DNA of 8,795 nucleotides from a virus (Duplodnaviria; Heunggongvirae; Uroviricota; Caudoviricetes): IMG/VR virus record IMGVR_UViG_2526164665_000039; one strand, 5' to 3'. Shown piece by piece: positions 1 to 6,307 of this stretch (position 1 is its first letter; each line of letters starts with the position of its first letter). The notes under the pieces were generated by a model. It saw only the letters and a program-made list of their open reading frames with translations, ran no database searches and was not told where the DNA came from. The position numbers and the translations under genes were made by a program.

Positions 1-277
1 CATACCGACTCCTGATTCAAATGTATGATGGTATTCATTGAACAGAACAATGGATCCCCCACCGTTGCTGACCGCAAAACATTTACGCGATTAATACTGC
101 GCGTAATATAATTAAAAATCCAGCATTCTCAATCCATTACGAAATAAGATGGCATTACGGAATAGCCAGACTTTCTCGTGTTAACGTCCGACAAAATGCG
201 TCATTGACAGCGGTTTCTGTGGATTGACACATTTCATTCAGATAATGAATTAATGCTACTTATAGCGCGGCGATTTT

Positions 278-342
278 TTTGATACCGATTTGCATTTCAT
301 TTGATACCGCTGAAAAACGCCGATACGCAACTTATTTGATAC
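278..342. repeat. Three direct copies of TTTGATAC(C/T) downstream of mom; possible protein-binding repeats or prophage-terminus element
   Basis: TTTGATAC occurs at 278-285, 300-307 and 335-342; the first two continue as TTTGATACCG. The region is non-coding. It does not match the canonical Mu attR consensus as I remember it. Confidence 0.3.
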
Positions 343-362
343 TAAATCGGCGCTTTTCTTTT
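318..362. terminator. Candidate bidirectional intrinsic terminator 3' of mom
   Basis: 7-bp stem CGCCGAT (318-324) / ATCGGCG (346-352), preceded by an A5 run and followed by CTTTTCTTTT, so a U-tract follows the hairpin on either strand. The 21-nt loop is large, which weakens the call. Confidence 0.3.
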
Positions 363-388
363 GGGTTTTAGAATGAGTTTTTAAGCGT

Positions 389-1126
389 TCACTCACTCTC
401 TTTTAAACCAGTTTTAACTGTTTGTGGTTTTGGGTAAGGCTGGACTTTGAATAGCTTTGTGTTGAGGCGTTTTCTGGCCCTCTTGTTCAGAAACCGGATG
501 TAACGAAACTGACGGAATTTATGAACACTGGCTCTGTCGATATTAGCCCTCAGATGTTCACCTCGCTGTCCGCCTCGTTTAATGGCATTCCTGCAAATCT
601 CGTGATACCACTCGCCATCAAGTTCATAGAATGTTGATTCGTGGCTGCCTACATAATCAAAATTGCTTGCCTGATACACGACACCAAGACAGCCACAACG
701 CTCATCTGCAAACGACTGAACCCACTGTACCTGCGGATAAAGCTGCCTGATTAGCTTGAGCGCGTAACTGATTGCCCTTGATTCGGAGTTTCTCGGCATA
801 CAGTCATGCAGCCATAACCGGTTAAGCTCCATATATTCACGGTTCCGCGTGCCCGTTACGACGCGTGCACCACTGTTTGGATTAAGGGCATAGCCCCATT
901 GCATTACGCCAACCAGCTCCCGTTCTGAAAATATGCCCAGATGAAGGTAGGAGTTATTTACGAAACGGTGGCTGTAATGTTTATTGACGATGACCAGTCT
1001 GGCCAGCCAGCAACTTATTGTCTCAACCCGCAACTCACGGGAGCCATAACCAACGATATTGTCGTTATAGCGAATAAGTTCAGGCGTGCTGATGATACGG
1101 GATGTGACTTGCTTTCTGTTCCCCAC
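389..1126 (-). CDS. mom: Mom-like DNA modification protein (adenine N6 hypermodification), Mu-type
   Basis: 245-codon ORF immediately downstream of, and overlapping by 47 nt, a Com-like zinc-finger ORF, next to a Gin-family invertase as in phage Mu. The only in-frame start upstream is GTG at 1126, preceded by AAGGA. Identity rests on synteny; I cannot verify Mom residues from memory. Confidence 0.55.
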   Translation of the reverse strand: MGNRKQVTSRIISTPELIRYNDNIVGYGSRELRVETISCWLARLVIVNKHYSHRFVNNSYLHLGIFSERELVGVMQWGYALNPNSGARVVTGTRNREYMELNRLWLHDCMPRNSESRAISYALKLIRQLYPQVQWVQSFADERCGCLGVVYQASNFDYVGSHESTFYELDGEWYHEICRNAIKRGGQRGEHLRANIDRASVHKFRQFRYIRFLNKRARKRLNTKLFKVQPYPKPQTVKTGLKESE

Positions 1127-1280
1127 GACAGGATTTCCTTGTGTATGTGGGGTGCTCTGTGGCGCTCGGAGATGTGATTTGATTGAGGGTTTTACAGCGC
1201 GGACATTTTACTTCCAGATAACTGAAACTGGCCCGTGCCAGTAGCTTATTGCAGTGTCGGCACCGTATGTTTCGATACAT
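1080..1280 (-). CDS. com: Com-like zinc-finger translational activator of mom
   Basis: 66-aa product [14 protein letters not shown]...[11 protein letters not shown] with a CxxC-(17)-CxxC zinc-finger; the IRCxxCNKLL and CPRCK blocks resemble Mu Com as I recall it. ATG at 1280 follows AGGAGG with a 10-nt spacer (the ORF track's 1325 start is TTG). Overlaps the mom start. Confidence 0.6.
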   Translation of the reverse strand: MYRNIRCRHCNKLLARASFSYLEVKCPRCKTLNQITSPSATEHPTYTRKSCRGEQKASHIPYHQHA

Positions 1281-1325
1281 GGCCGCATAACCTCCTGCTT
1301 TGTTGTTGATGCCTTTCTCATGCAA

Positions 1326-1347
1326 TCGATCGACAAAAACGATCGAT
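1326..1347. promoter_or_regulatory. Tandem Dam (GATC) sites upstream of com-mom, candidate methylation-sensitive control region
   Basis: TCGATCGA and CGATCGAT palindromes with GATC at 1328-1331 and 1341-1344, about 50-65 bp upstream of the com ATG on the minus strand. In Mu, mom transcription depends on Dam methylation of upstream GATC sites. No clear -35/-10 was identified. Confidence 0.3.
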
Positions 1348-1451
1348 TCGATTTGTTTAATTGATACAACAAATAGATTGAAAAGTCATCAACAATGATT
1401 CAGGGCGGTGATTATTTACTTAAAGAAAACGAAGACTTAGGTGGTGAAAAC

Positions 1452-1500
1452 GATCATAAAATGATCATTTTATTGACTTTTTATACAGTGAAGGTAGGAT
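1452..1500 (+). promoter_or_regulatory. Candidate sigma70 promoter preceded by a GATC-containing palindrome
   Basis: TTGACT (1473-1478), 16-bp spacer, TAGGAT (1495-1500). The 15-bp palindrome GATCATAAAATGATC (1452-1466) lies just upstream and holds two more Dam sites. Confidence 0.25.
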
Positions 1501-1550
1501 CGCGCGTATATGTAGTATGTTTCAAATCAACAGGATACTACATAAAGGGA

Positions 1551-1578
1551 GGTCCAGATAGTTACAGCTATCTGGACC
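1551..1578. repeat. Perfect 11-bp inverted repeat with 6-nt spacer in the leader of the zinc-ribbon gene
   Basis: GGTCCAGATAG ttacag CTATCTGGACC. An SD-like AAGGGAGG overlaps the left arm with no start codon after it. No U-tract follows, so it is not a classical terminator. Confidence 0.45.
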
Positions 1579-1681
1579 TGGAACAAATTCGCATCAATGC
1601 TTTACTTCGAGCTCGTGTCGTATCCTATGATATTCCCCGGTCTCCTGTAAAGCAGAGATGCATAAAAAGGAGATCTTTATC

Positions 1682-1852
1682 ATGGATAAAGAGCCTGTTT
1701 GCCCTGCCTGTAAGACTCCCTTACAGCTCATCTATCGCCGTTCTCGATCTCAAAATGGCAAGACATACAAACCCCAAAATGCGTCCTGTTTCAGGATGCT
1801 GATATGTCCTGCCTGTTCTCCCCGGAGGGAAAGTACACAAAACGTGCATTAA
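1682..1852 (+). CDS. Small zinc-ribbon protein (56 aa), function unknown
   Basis: ATG at 1682 lies 7 nt after AAGGAG. Product MDKEPVCPACKTPL...CFRMLICPACS carries paired CPxC motifs. It is convergent with the minus-strand small genes, and a hairpin follows the stop. Confidence 0.45.
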   Translation: MDKEPVCPACKTPLQLIYRRSRSQNGKTYKPQNASCFRMLICPACSPRRESTQNVH

Positions 1853-1861
1853 CAAATTCAC

Positions 1862-1881
1862 CCGGCAGGGAAACCTGCCGG
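1862..1881. terminator. Hairpin between convergent genes, weak bidirectional terminator candidate
   Basis: Perfect 8-bp stem CCGGCAGG / CCTGCCGG with a GAAA loop, lying between the stop of the plus-strand gene (1852) and the stop of the minus-strand gene (1891). Flanks are only moderately U-rich on either strand. Confidence 0.35.
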
Positions 1882-1890
1882 TCGGTATTG

Positions 1891-2136
1891 TTACATCATA
1901 GTACCGTCAGTTCCGGGCTGAACCGGCTCTGGTTGCTCTACGGCTTGAGGCTCATTCTCCGTGCTGTTTTCAGCCGGAGAATGGCCAACCATTCGGGCCA
2001 GCACTTCATCAACATATGCGTCGATTTGTGCCTCAAAATCCTTGCGAACCTGCGCCTTCAGCACGCGGTTCACTTCTTCAGAATAAAGTGCCTGTTTGAC
2101 AAGCTCTTCAGTAACCGTGCCTTTAATCTCTGGCAT
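1891..2136 (-). CDS. Hypothetical acidic protein (81 aa)
   Basis: ATG at 2136 follows AAGGAG with a 7-8 nt spacer. The product has a helical-looking N-terminus and an acidic, Pro/Glu-rich C-terminus. It sits 35 nt downstream of the 60-aa membrane protein gene, so the two probably form an operon. Confidence 0.55.
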   Translation of the reverse strand: MPEIKGTVTEELVKQALYSEEVNRVLKAQVRKDFEAQIDAYVDEVLARMVGHSPAENSTENEPQAVEQPEPVQPGTDGTMM

Positions 2137-2171
2137 GAATATTCTCCTTTTGCAGGTATATTGCCCCGTTA

Positions 2172-2354
2172 TCAGAGCGGGGTCGGGTCGTTTGGGGATG
2201 ACGGTGCCTGTGCTGTTTTACTGAGTTTTTCAGCTGCCGCATCATCAATTTTACGGCGAATATAATTTCTGATGACCTTATAACCGCCGCTCACCAGATA
2301 TAACGCACTGACCACTGCGCAGAAATAAAGCAGCATTGTATGAACGAATGTCAT
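2172..2354 (-). CDS. Small single-pass membrane protein (60 aa), function unknown
   Basis: ATG at 2354 with an upstream AAGGTAAGG SD-like stretch. The product has one hydrophobic helix (MLLYFCAVVSALYLVSGGY) followed by a basic then acidic tail. Confidence 0.5.
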   Translation of the reverse strand: MTFVHTMLLYFCAVVSALYLVSGGYKVIRNYIRRKIDDAAAEKLSKTAQAPSSPNDPTPL

Positions 2355-2422
2355 ATAACCTTACCTTTGATATTGACTACATAATTCGTTATCGGGTAAA
2401 AACATCGAAGCGACTGATAACC

Positions 2423-2447
2423 ACTCCTTCGGGAGTATTTTTATTTT
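2423..2447 (+). terminator. Plus-strand intrinsic terminator candidate (small hairpin with UUCG loop plus U-tract)
   Basis: ACTCC ttcg GGAGT followed by ATTTTTATTTT. The stem is only 5 bp, so the call is weak. Confidence 0.3.
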
Positions 2448-2466
2448 CCTTTATGGGTTAGGTAGC

Positions 2467-2504
2467 TCCCGCCAGCCATATCATGACCGGCGGGATTTTT
2501 TATT
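2467..2504 (+). terminator. Plus-strand intrinsic terminator candidate
   Basis: 7-bp GC-rich stem TCCCGCC (2467-2473) / GGCGGGA (2489-2495) followed by TTTTTTATT. It is oriented for plus-strand transcripts although the flanking genes are on the minus strand. Confidence 0.4.
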
Positions 2505-2543
2505 CTGTTACCGCTTTTTTCACTTCCACCACAATGCTGTCAA

Positions 2544-2951
2544 TCAGCACCGGGTAAGTTGCATTTTTGTGATATCCGTTACGCGGAGTTTGTCCACCGG
2601 GAAAGTTCCTACTGGTGACTGCGTCAGGGTAAACGCGGCACCATCCTGACCATCAATAACCGGAATAACCTGAAGGCTGTTATTTCCTGCAAAACGGAAG
2701 GCCAGCGTATGCCATTCATTATCAAATGCACCAAAGGTTCCCAGTTTCTGGTTATTTGTTGCCACTTTTGCATTGTGGTACATCACATTCAGGTCTTTTG
2801 CGTCTGTCTGGATGTAGAACGATGCCAGCAGATTATTCCCTGCATCCCCTGTCAGGGTGACACCCTGCGGCAGAGAGGAAACCGGCCAGTAAAGCGCCAT
2901 GACATACTGGTTGCCACCGGTCGCCCGGTACTTTAAAACGACAACTGATTA
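2544..2951 (-). pseudogene. C-terminal portion of the esterase gene in a shifted frame (frameshift or sequencing error)
   Basis: This frame is open from a stop at 2949-2951 down to 2544 and overlaps the end of the 567-codon ORF. It encodes protein-like sequence (SVVVLKYRATGGNQYVMALYWPV...), whereas the tail of the long ORF after about 2950 looks non-native (CRFKVPGDRWQPVCHG...). A +1 shift is implied near 2945-2952 (ggtggtttaatcag). Confidence 0.4.
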
Positions 2952-4536
2952 AACCACCATTTTTCAGCAGTTCAGCACCAGTACCGGCATCATGATCCAG
3001 ATACCAGGATGATTTACCTGTTTCCTTGGTCAGTTTCATTGCCTTACCACCTGTGCCTCCTGCATCACTGATAATTTCAGCTTTACCGCCAGCCGGCTCC
3101 CAGCCCTGGGCTTTCAGATTTCCTTCTGACTCACTGACACGGTAAGACAGCAGTGTTGTGGTTACTGCTTCAGTTTCTGAAGGTGACGGCACTGGTGCTT
3201 CAGTTTCAGAAGATGGAACATCGGCTTTTACTGTGGTTCGCCCCGCATGAGTCAGAACTGCCGTGGCCAGACGGTCGGAAATAATCCCACGACGTGCCCA
3301 TGAACTGAAATGGCTGGCCCGGTCCGTAGATGTCCAGGTGGCGGCACTGTTACGCCACGTTGAGCCGTAATAACCAATGGATTCAATATCCGGGTCTTCT
3401 GCCGGATTGTTGGTGGGTACATTCGCGCCATTTTCATCTGTCATTAATGGGACGAAATGAATGTTTTTATCTGTTTTATTTTTGTAGCCGTCATAGATTG
3501 CCTGGTATGCCTGTTCGTTTTTCTGTTTCCAGAAATACGTGGTATCACCACAAATCCACGGAACGCCAGCAGCACTGCCACCGGTACACTGTTCCGCCTG
3601 TTCAGCCAGGTCTGCGCGGAATTTTTCCACCATCGCCAGAAACAGCGCAGAATGCTCCGTCGGCTTCGCATCAATATCAAACTCGCCCTGCATCCACACC
3701 ACAGCAAGCAGGCGGTTTTTCGGGTTCTTCGCCAGTGCCGCTTTTGTCCGGCTGATTAAGTCCTTATACAGCGGCTTATCCACACCCCAGCGGGCTGAGT
3801 CCTCTGAAGCACCCGTGCTGTCACTGTACGTGCCGTCAGCACCCGCCGTGAATGCAGAACCACCACGGCAGCAGGGAACCAGCAGAATCCCCGCATCTGC
3901 CGGAATAAACGGCAGCAGTTTTTTGGCAATGTGAAGCCCCTGACCCACGGTGCCATATTGCCCTTTAGCCACATCCGCTTTCGGGTGATTTTTTCCACTC
4001 ATATCCTGCACATCATGCAGACAGTGGTCGGCCAGAATGATGTCGTTATACTGACAGGCTTTACCTCCCGGCGTGACTGTACTGCGACGGGCTAACTGCA
4101 TAATACGCGGTTCGGGGCGGTCATATGTCTCCGGCAGTGGCAGACCTTCACCGTAAGCCATACCGTTTGACTGACCAGCAAGAACCACCACGTAATACCA
4201 GGAAGGGGAGCTGGAAGCAGTTTCATTTCCTGACGGACGGGTATGTGTTTCAGCATTATCCCAGTCTGACGGTTCAGCAGTACCGGCAACATCAGCACTT
4301 AACGGAATGACCGCACCAATACCCGCTCCGGTAATTTCCACACTCGGATCACCGGATACTGGCCTTACCCACAGGCAATCCCGTGTATTAAAACTGATGA
4401 GACAGTCAGCAAATGTCATTCCTCCTTTTGTTTCGGCCGGAGGAAAGGGAGCCTCAAGAAATGCCGCTGTACCACCGGAAACTTTAACAGTAAAGTTTCC
4501 GGGCATTGATGATAGTTGAACCCATTTGGACGTCAT
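2833..4536 (-). CDS. SASA/SGNH-family carbohydrate esterase, sialate O-acetylesterase-like (resembles prophage NanS-p), reading frame interrupted near its 3' end
   Basis: 567-codon ORF with an ATG at 4536. An LAGQSNGM block sits about 125 aa in, matching the GQSN catalytic-serine motif of SASA/DUF303 esterases. An N-terminal domain of about 120 aa and a Pro/Ser/Thr/Glu-rich linker (SETEAPVPSPSETEA) precede a C-terminal domain. The true 3' end is uncertain. Confidence 0.6.
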   Translation of the reverse strand: MTSKWVQLSSMPGNFTVKVSGGTAAFLEAPFPPAETKGGMTFADCLISFNTRDCLWVRPVSGDPSVEITGAGIGAVIPLSADVAGTAEPSDWDNAETHTRPSGNETASSSPSWYYVVVLAGQSNGMAYGEGLPLPETYDRPEPRIMQLARRSTVTPGGKACQYNDIILADHCLHDVQDMSGKNHPKADVAKGQYGTVGQGLHIAKKLLPFIPADAGILLVPCCRGGSAFTAGADGTYSDSTGASEDSARWGVDKPLYKDLISRTKAALAKNPKNRLLAVVWMQGEFDIDAKPTEHSALFLAMVEKFRADLAEQAEQCTGGSAAGVPWICGDTTYFWKQKNEQAYQAIYDGYKNKTDKNIHFVPLMTDENGANVPTNNPAEDPDIESIGYYGSTWRNSAATWTSTDRASHFSSWARRGIISDRLATAVLTHAGRTTVKADVPSSETEAPVPSPSETEAVTTTLLSYRVSESEGNLKAQGWEPAGGKAEIISDAGGTGGKAMKLTKETGKSSWYLDHDAGTGAELLKNGGLISCRFKVPGDRWQPVCHGALLAGFLSAAGCHPDRGCRE

Positions 4537-4635
4537 AATAATCAGCCTGTTCCTGAATAAACTGAATTATCATATCCACAGACCGATAAACGCCATTTTG
4601 CGTTAATTCAGTAAAGGCCCAACAAAGAGAGCGTC

Positions 4636-5196
4636 TTATTTTTCCGAAACGCTCGCAGGATAATAACGATAAAGGGTTGAAAGACCGATATCAAAAATAA
4701 GTGCCACCTGTCTTCGACTGACACCCCCGGCCAGTAAACGCCCGACCTGCTCGTATTGTTCCTGCGTGAGACGGCGGGGTCTGCCGCCGGTTCGTCCCCT
4801 TTCACGGGCAGCTGCAAGACCAGCCCGTGTCCGTTCGACAATTAATTCACGCTCCATTTCTGCCAGCGCACCCATTATGTGAAAAAAGAAGCGCCCCATG
4901 GGGGTTGACGTATCAATGTTGTCAGTAAAACTACGAAAATTTATCCCCTGTTGCTGTAATTCATCTGTCAGCGCAACAAGGTGGCGCATACTGCGCCCCA
5001 GCCTGTCCAGTTTCCAGACCATCAGCGTGTCACCGGGTTTTAGTTTCTTCAGTGCCCGCTTCAGTCCCGGCCGCTGTGTCGTTTTACCACTCATTTTGTC
5101 TTCAAAAATCTGCTCACATCCTGCACATTCCAGCGCATTTCTTTGTAAACCTGTGTTCTGGTCATTTGTTGATACGCGTATATAGCCAATCAGCAT
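4636..5196 (-). CDS. gin: Serine DNA invertase of the Gin/Pin/Cin/Hin family
   Basis: 186-aa product starting MLIGYIRVSTNDQNTGLQRNAL, with the resolvase catalytic Ser context, GINFRS, PMGRFFFH..GALAEMERELI and a C-terminal helix-turn-helix region. ATG at 5196 follows AAGGAAGG. It sits next to the tail-fibre inversion segment. The symbol is chosen from the Mu-like context; pin or cin would be equally defensible. Confidence 0.9.
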   Translation of the reverse strand: MLIGYIRVSTNDQNTGLQRNALECAGCEQIFEDKMSGKTTQRPGLKRALKKLKPGDTLMVWKLDRLGRSMRHLVALTDELQQQGINFRSFTDNIDTSTPMGRFFFHIMGALAEMERELIVERTRAGLAAARERGRTGGRPRRLTQEQYEQVGRLLAGGVSRRQVALIFDIGLSTLYRYYPASVSEK

Positions 5197-5250
5197 GTAT
5201 TTACCTTCCTTAAAAAGAGGTGGAAAGGCCTTTTAAAGCAGATATACGGC

Positions 5251-5276
5251 ATCCCTGAAACCTCGGTTTACGGGAT
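5251..5276. repeat. Invertase crossover site next to the invertase gene (gix/pix-like)
   Basis: 26-bp site ATCCCTGAAACC TC GGTTTACGGGAT with half-sites that are 10/12 inverted repeats around a central TC. It is also one arm of a 28-bp inverted repeat (5263-5290) matching the reverse complement of 6663-6690 at 25/28. Confidence 0.55.
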
Positions 5277-5630
5277 ACGGTAAACAGGGCCGCGAATGCC
5301 CTGCCATCAAACGGTACGGCTGTTGCAGCAAGCAGGCTGGCAAATGCCCGCAGAATCAATGGTGTCGCCTTTGACGGCACGCAGGATATAAACATTACGT
5401 CAGGAATGCCGGAATCAACGGCCAATCAGCGTTATGTTACAGGGGTAAGACTGGGAGCGCAGGCATTAAGCGGCGGACTGGAATATAATTACTCCCTGTC
5501 ATCAGGAAATGTGATTACCGGTTTTAAGACTAACGGAGACTGGGAAATGCGTGGTGGTGATGACCGTGTTTATTACAGACAGATACAATATTGTATTAAT
5601 GGGCATTGGGTATCCGCTGCAAGTATTTAA
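5259..5630 (+). CDS. Alternative tail-fibre C-terminal variable cassette (S'v-like), no own start or promoter, currently silent
   Basis: The frame opens after a stop at 5256-5258 and reads NLGLRDTVNRAANALPSNGTAVAASRLANARRINGVAFDGTQDINITSGMPESTANQRYV... to the stop at 5628-5630. It is collinear and roughly 60 percent identical by eye to the C-terminal 125 aa of the expressed fibre (NVGLRETVNKAADALPSGGTAVAANRL...). Confidence 0.6.
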   Translation, partial: NLGLRDTVNRAANALPSNGTAVAASRLANARRINGVAFDGTQDINITSGMPESTANQRYVTGVRLGAQALSGGLEYNYSLSSGNVITGFKTNGDWEMRGGDDRVYYRQIQYCINGHWVSAASI

Positions 5631-5751
5631 TTAACGGGGGCATAGCACACAGCAGCCAGCATCTGAAATATGCGTTATTTCAGACAAGCATTGCCTGTAT
5701 ATGGCGATAGTATTATTCCTGTTTTTATCATTGATTTACATGGTGATGTTT

Positions 5752-6273
5752 ATGCAACTGATTAATGTCAAACGATATTACCCGAAAGACAAACCCTATG
5801 GTGAGGATGTTCAGTATTTCCAGAGTGAGGACGGAAGGGATTTTTATGAATCTATCCCGCTTTTCACAAAGAAATACAAACTCTGTATTTCGCCTGTAAC
5901 GGGTATTATCTGCTCTGTTGCTGAAGATGTCTCTGCTTTATATCCGGCAGGTTTTACTGTTGTTGAAGTGGACGAACTGCCGGAAGGTGTGAATATTGAC
6001 GGTAACTGGCAGTTTTCTGATGGCCTGATATCAAAGGTGCCGGTAAACTGGAAGACGGTTGCTGAAAAGCGTCGCTCATCGCTGCTCCAGGAAGCCAACG
6101 AAACCGTGGATGACTGGAAAACAGAATTAAAACTGGACATGATTAGCGATGAAAATAAATTACAGCTGACGCGCTGGATGGCGTATATCCGACAGCTTAA
6201 AGAAATGCACTTTAATGATATTGCCAGTGAGGGGCATTACCAGGCGATTCCCTGGCCGGAAAAACCGGAATAA
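5752..6273 (+). CDS. Tail fibre assembly protein (Tfa, Mu U / P2 gpG family)
   Basis: Product MQLINVKRYYP...IPWPEKPE has the N- and C-terminal signatures typical of Tfa chaperones. ATG at 5752 follows GGTGA; the ORF track's 5701 start adds a hydrophobic extension that is unlikely to be real. It lies immediately downstream of the S'v cassette on the same strand. Confidence 0.8.
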   Translation: MQLINVKRYYPKDKPYGEDVQYFQSEDGRDFYESIPLFTKKYKLCISPVTGIICSVAEDVSALYPAGFTVVEVDELPEGVNIDGNWQFSDGLISKVPVNWKTVAEKRRSSLLQEANETVDDWKTELKLDMISDENKLQLTRWMAYIRQLKEMHFNDIASEGHYQAIPWPEKPE

Positions 6274-6278
6274 TTCAG

Positions 6279-6303
6279 AGGGTGCATTCAGCACCCTTTT
6301 CTG
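6279..6303. terminator. Hairpin between convergent tfa and tail-fibre genes, bidirectional terminator candidate
   Basis: 7-bp stem AGGGTGC / GCACCCT with a 5-nt loop, followed by TTTTCTG on the plus strand. It lies between the tfa stop (6273) and the fibre stop (6308). Confidence 0.4.
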
Positions 6304-6307
6304 TGGT

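Noticed and set aside
201-256. Two TTGACA hexamers (204-209, 224-229) and a GATAAT (241-246) as a plus-strand promoter
   Set aside because: Spacing to GATAAT is 11 or 31 bp, and a promoter here would drive transcription antisense into mom.
1-388. Canonical phage Mu right-end (attR) transposase-binding consensus
   Set aside because: I could not find a convincing match to the Mu R-site consensus as I remember it; the prophage boundary cannot be placed from this window alone.
941-1177. 78-aa plus-strand ORF
   Set aside because: Antisense to the mom/com overlap, with no expression signals.
1395-1802. 135-aa plus-strand ORF upstream of the zinc-ribbon gene
   Set aside because: No SD, poor composition, and it overlaps the better-supported 1682 start in another frame. 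The region is more likely a leader or regulatory sequence.
1804-2265. 153-aa plus-strand ORF
   Set aside because: It is antisense to the two minus-strand small genes, which have strong ribosome-binding sites. Its product is Cys/Arg/Leu/Ser-rich and unlike a real protein, and it has no SD.
2900-4520. Many 60-140 aa ORFs on both strands inside the esterase gene (for example 3330-3755, 3457-3759, 3539-3934, 3756-3998, 4092-4298, 4307-4519)
   Set aside because: All are nested within or antisense to the long esterase frame and lack ribosome-binding sites; typical of a GC-rich coding region.
4608-5185. ORFs 4608-4841 (minus) and 4898-5185 (plus) overlapping the invertase
   Set aside because: Alternate-frame or antisense ORFs inside a confidently identified invertase gene.
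5210-5425. 71-aa minus-strand ORF resembling the plus-strand ORF at 6555-6752
   Set aside because: Both are antisense shadows of the paralogous fibre C-terminal segments. Their similarity confirms the inverted homology but they are not genes.
5663-5683. 8-bp inverted repeat CTGAAATA tgcgt TATTTCAG between the silent cassette and tfa
   Set aside because: The stem is AT-only with no U-tract; most likely incidental or a minor mRNA structure.
5701-5751. Hydrophobic N-terminal extension of tfa (MAIVLFLFLSLIYMVMF)
   Set aside because: Tfa proteins normally begin near MQxLxNxK. The extension has no SD and would add a spurious membrane segment.
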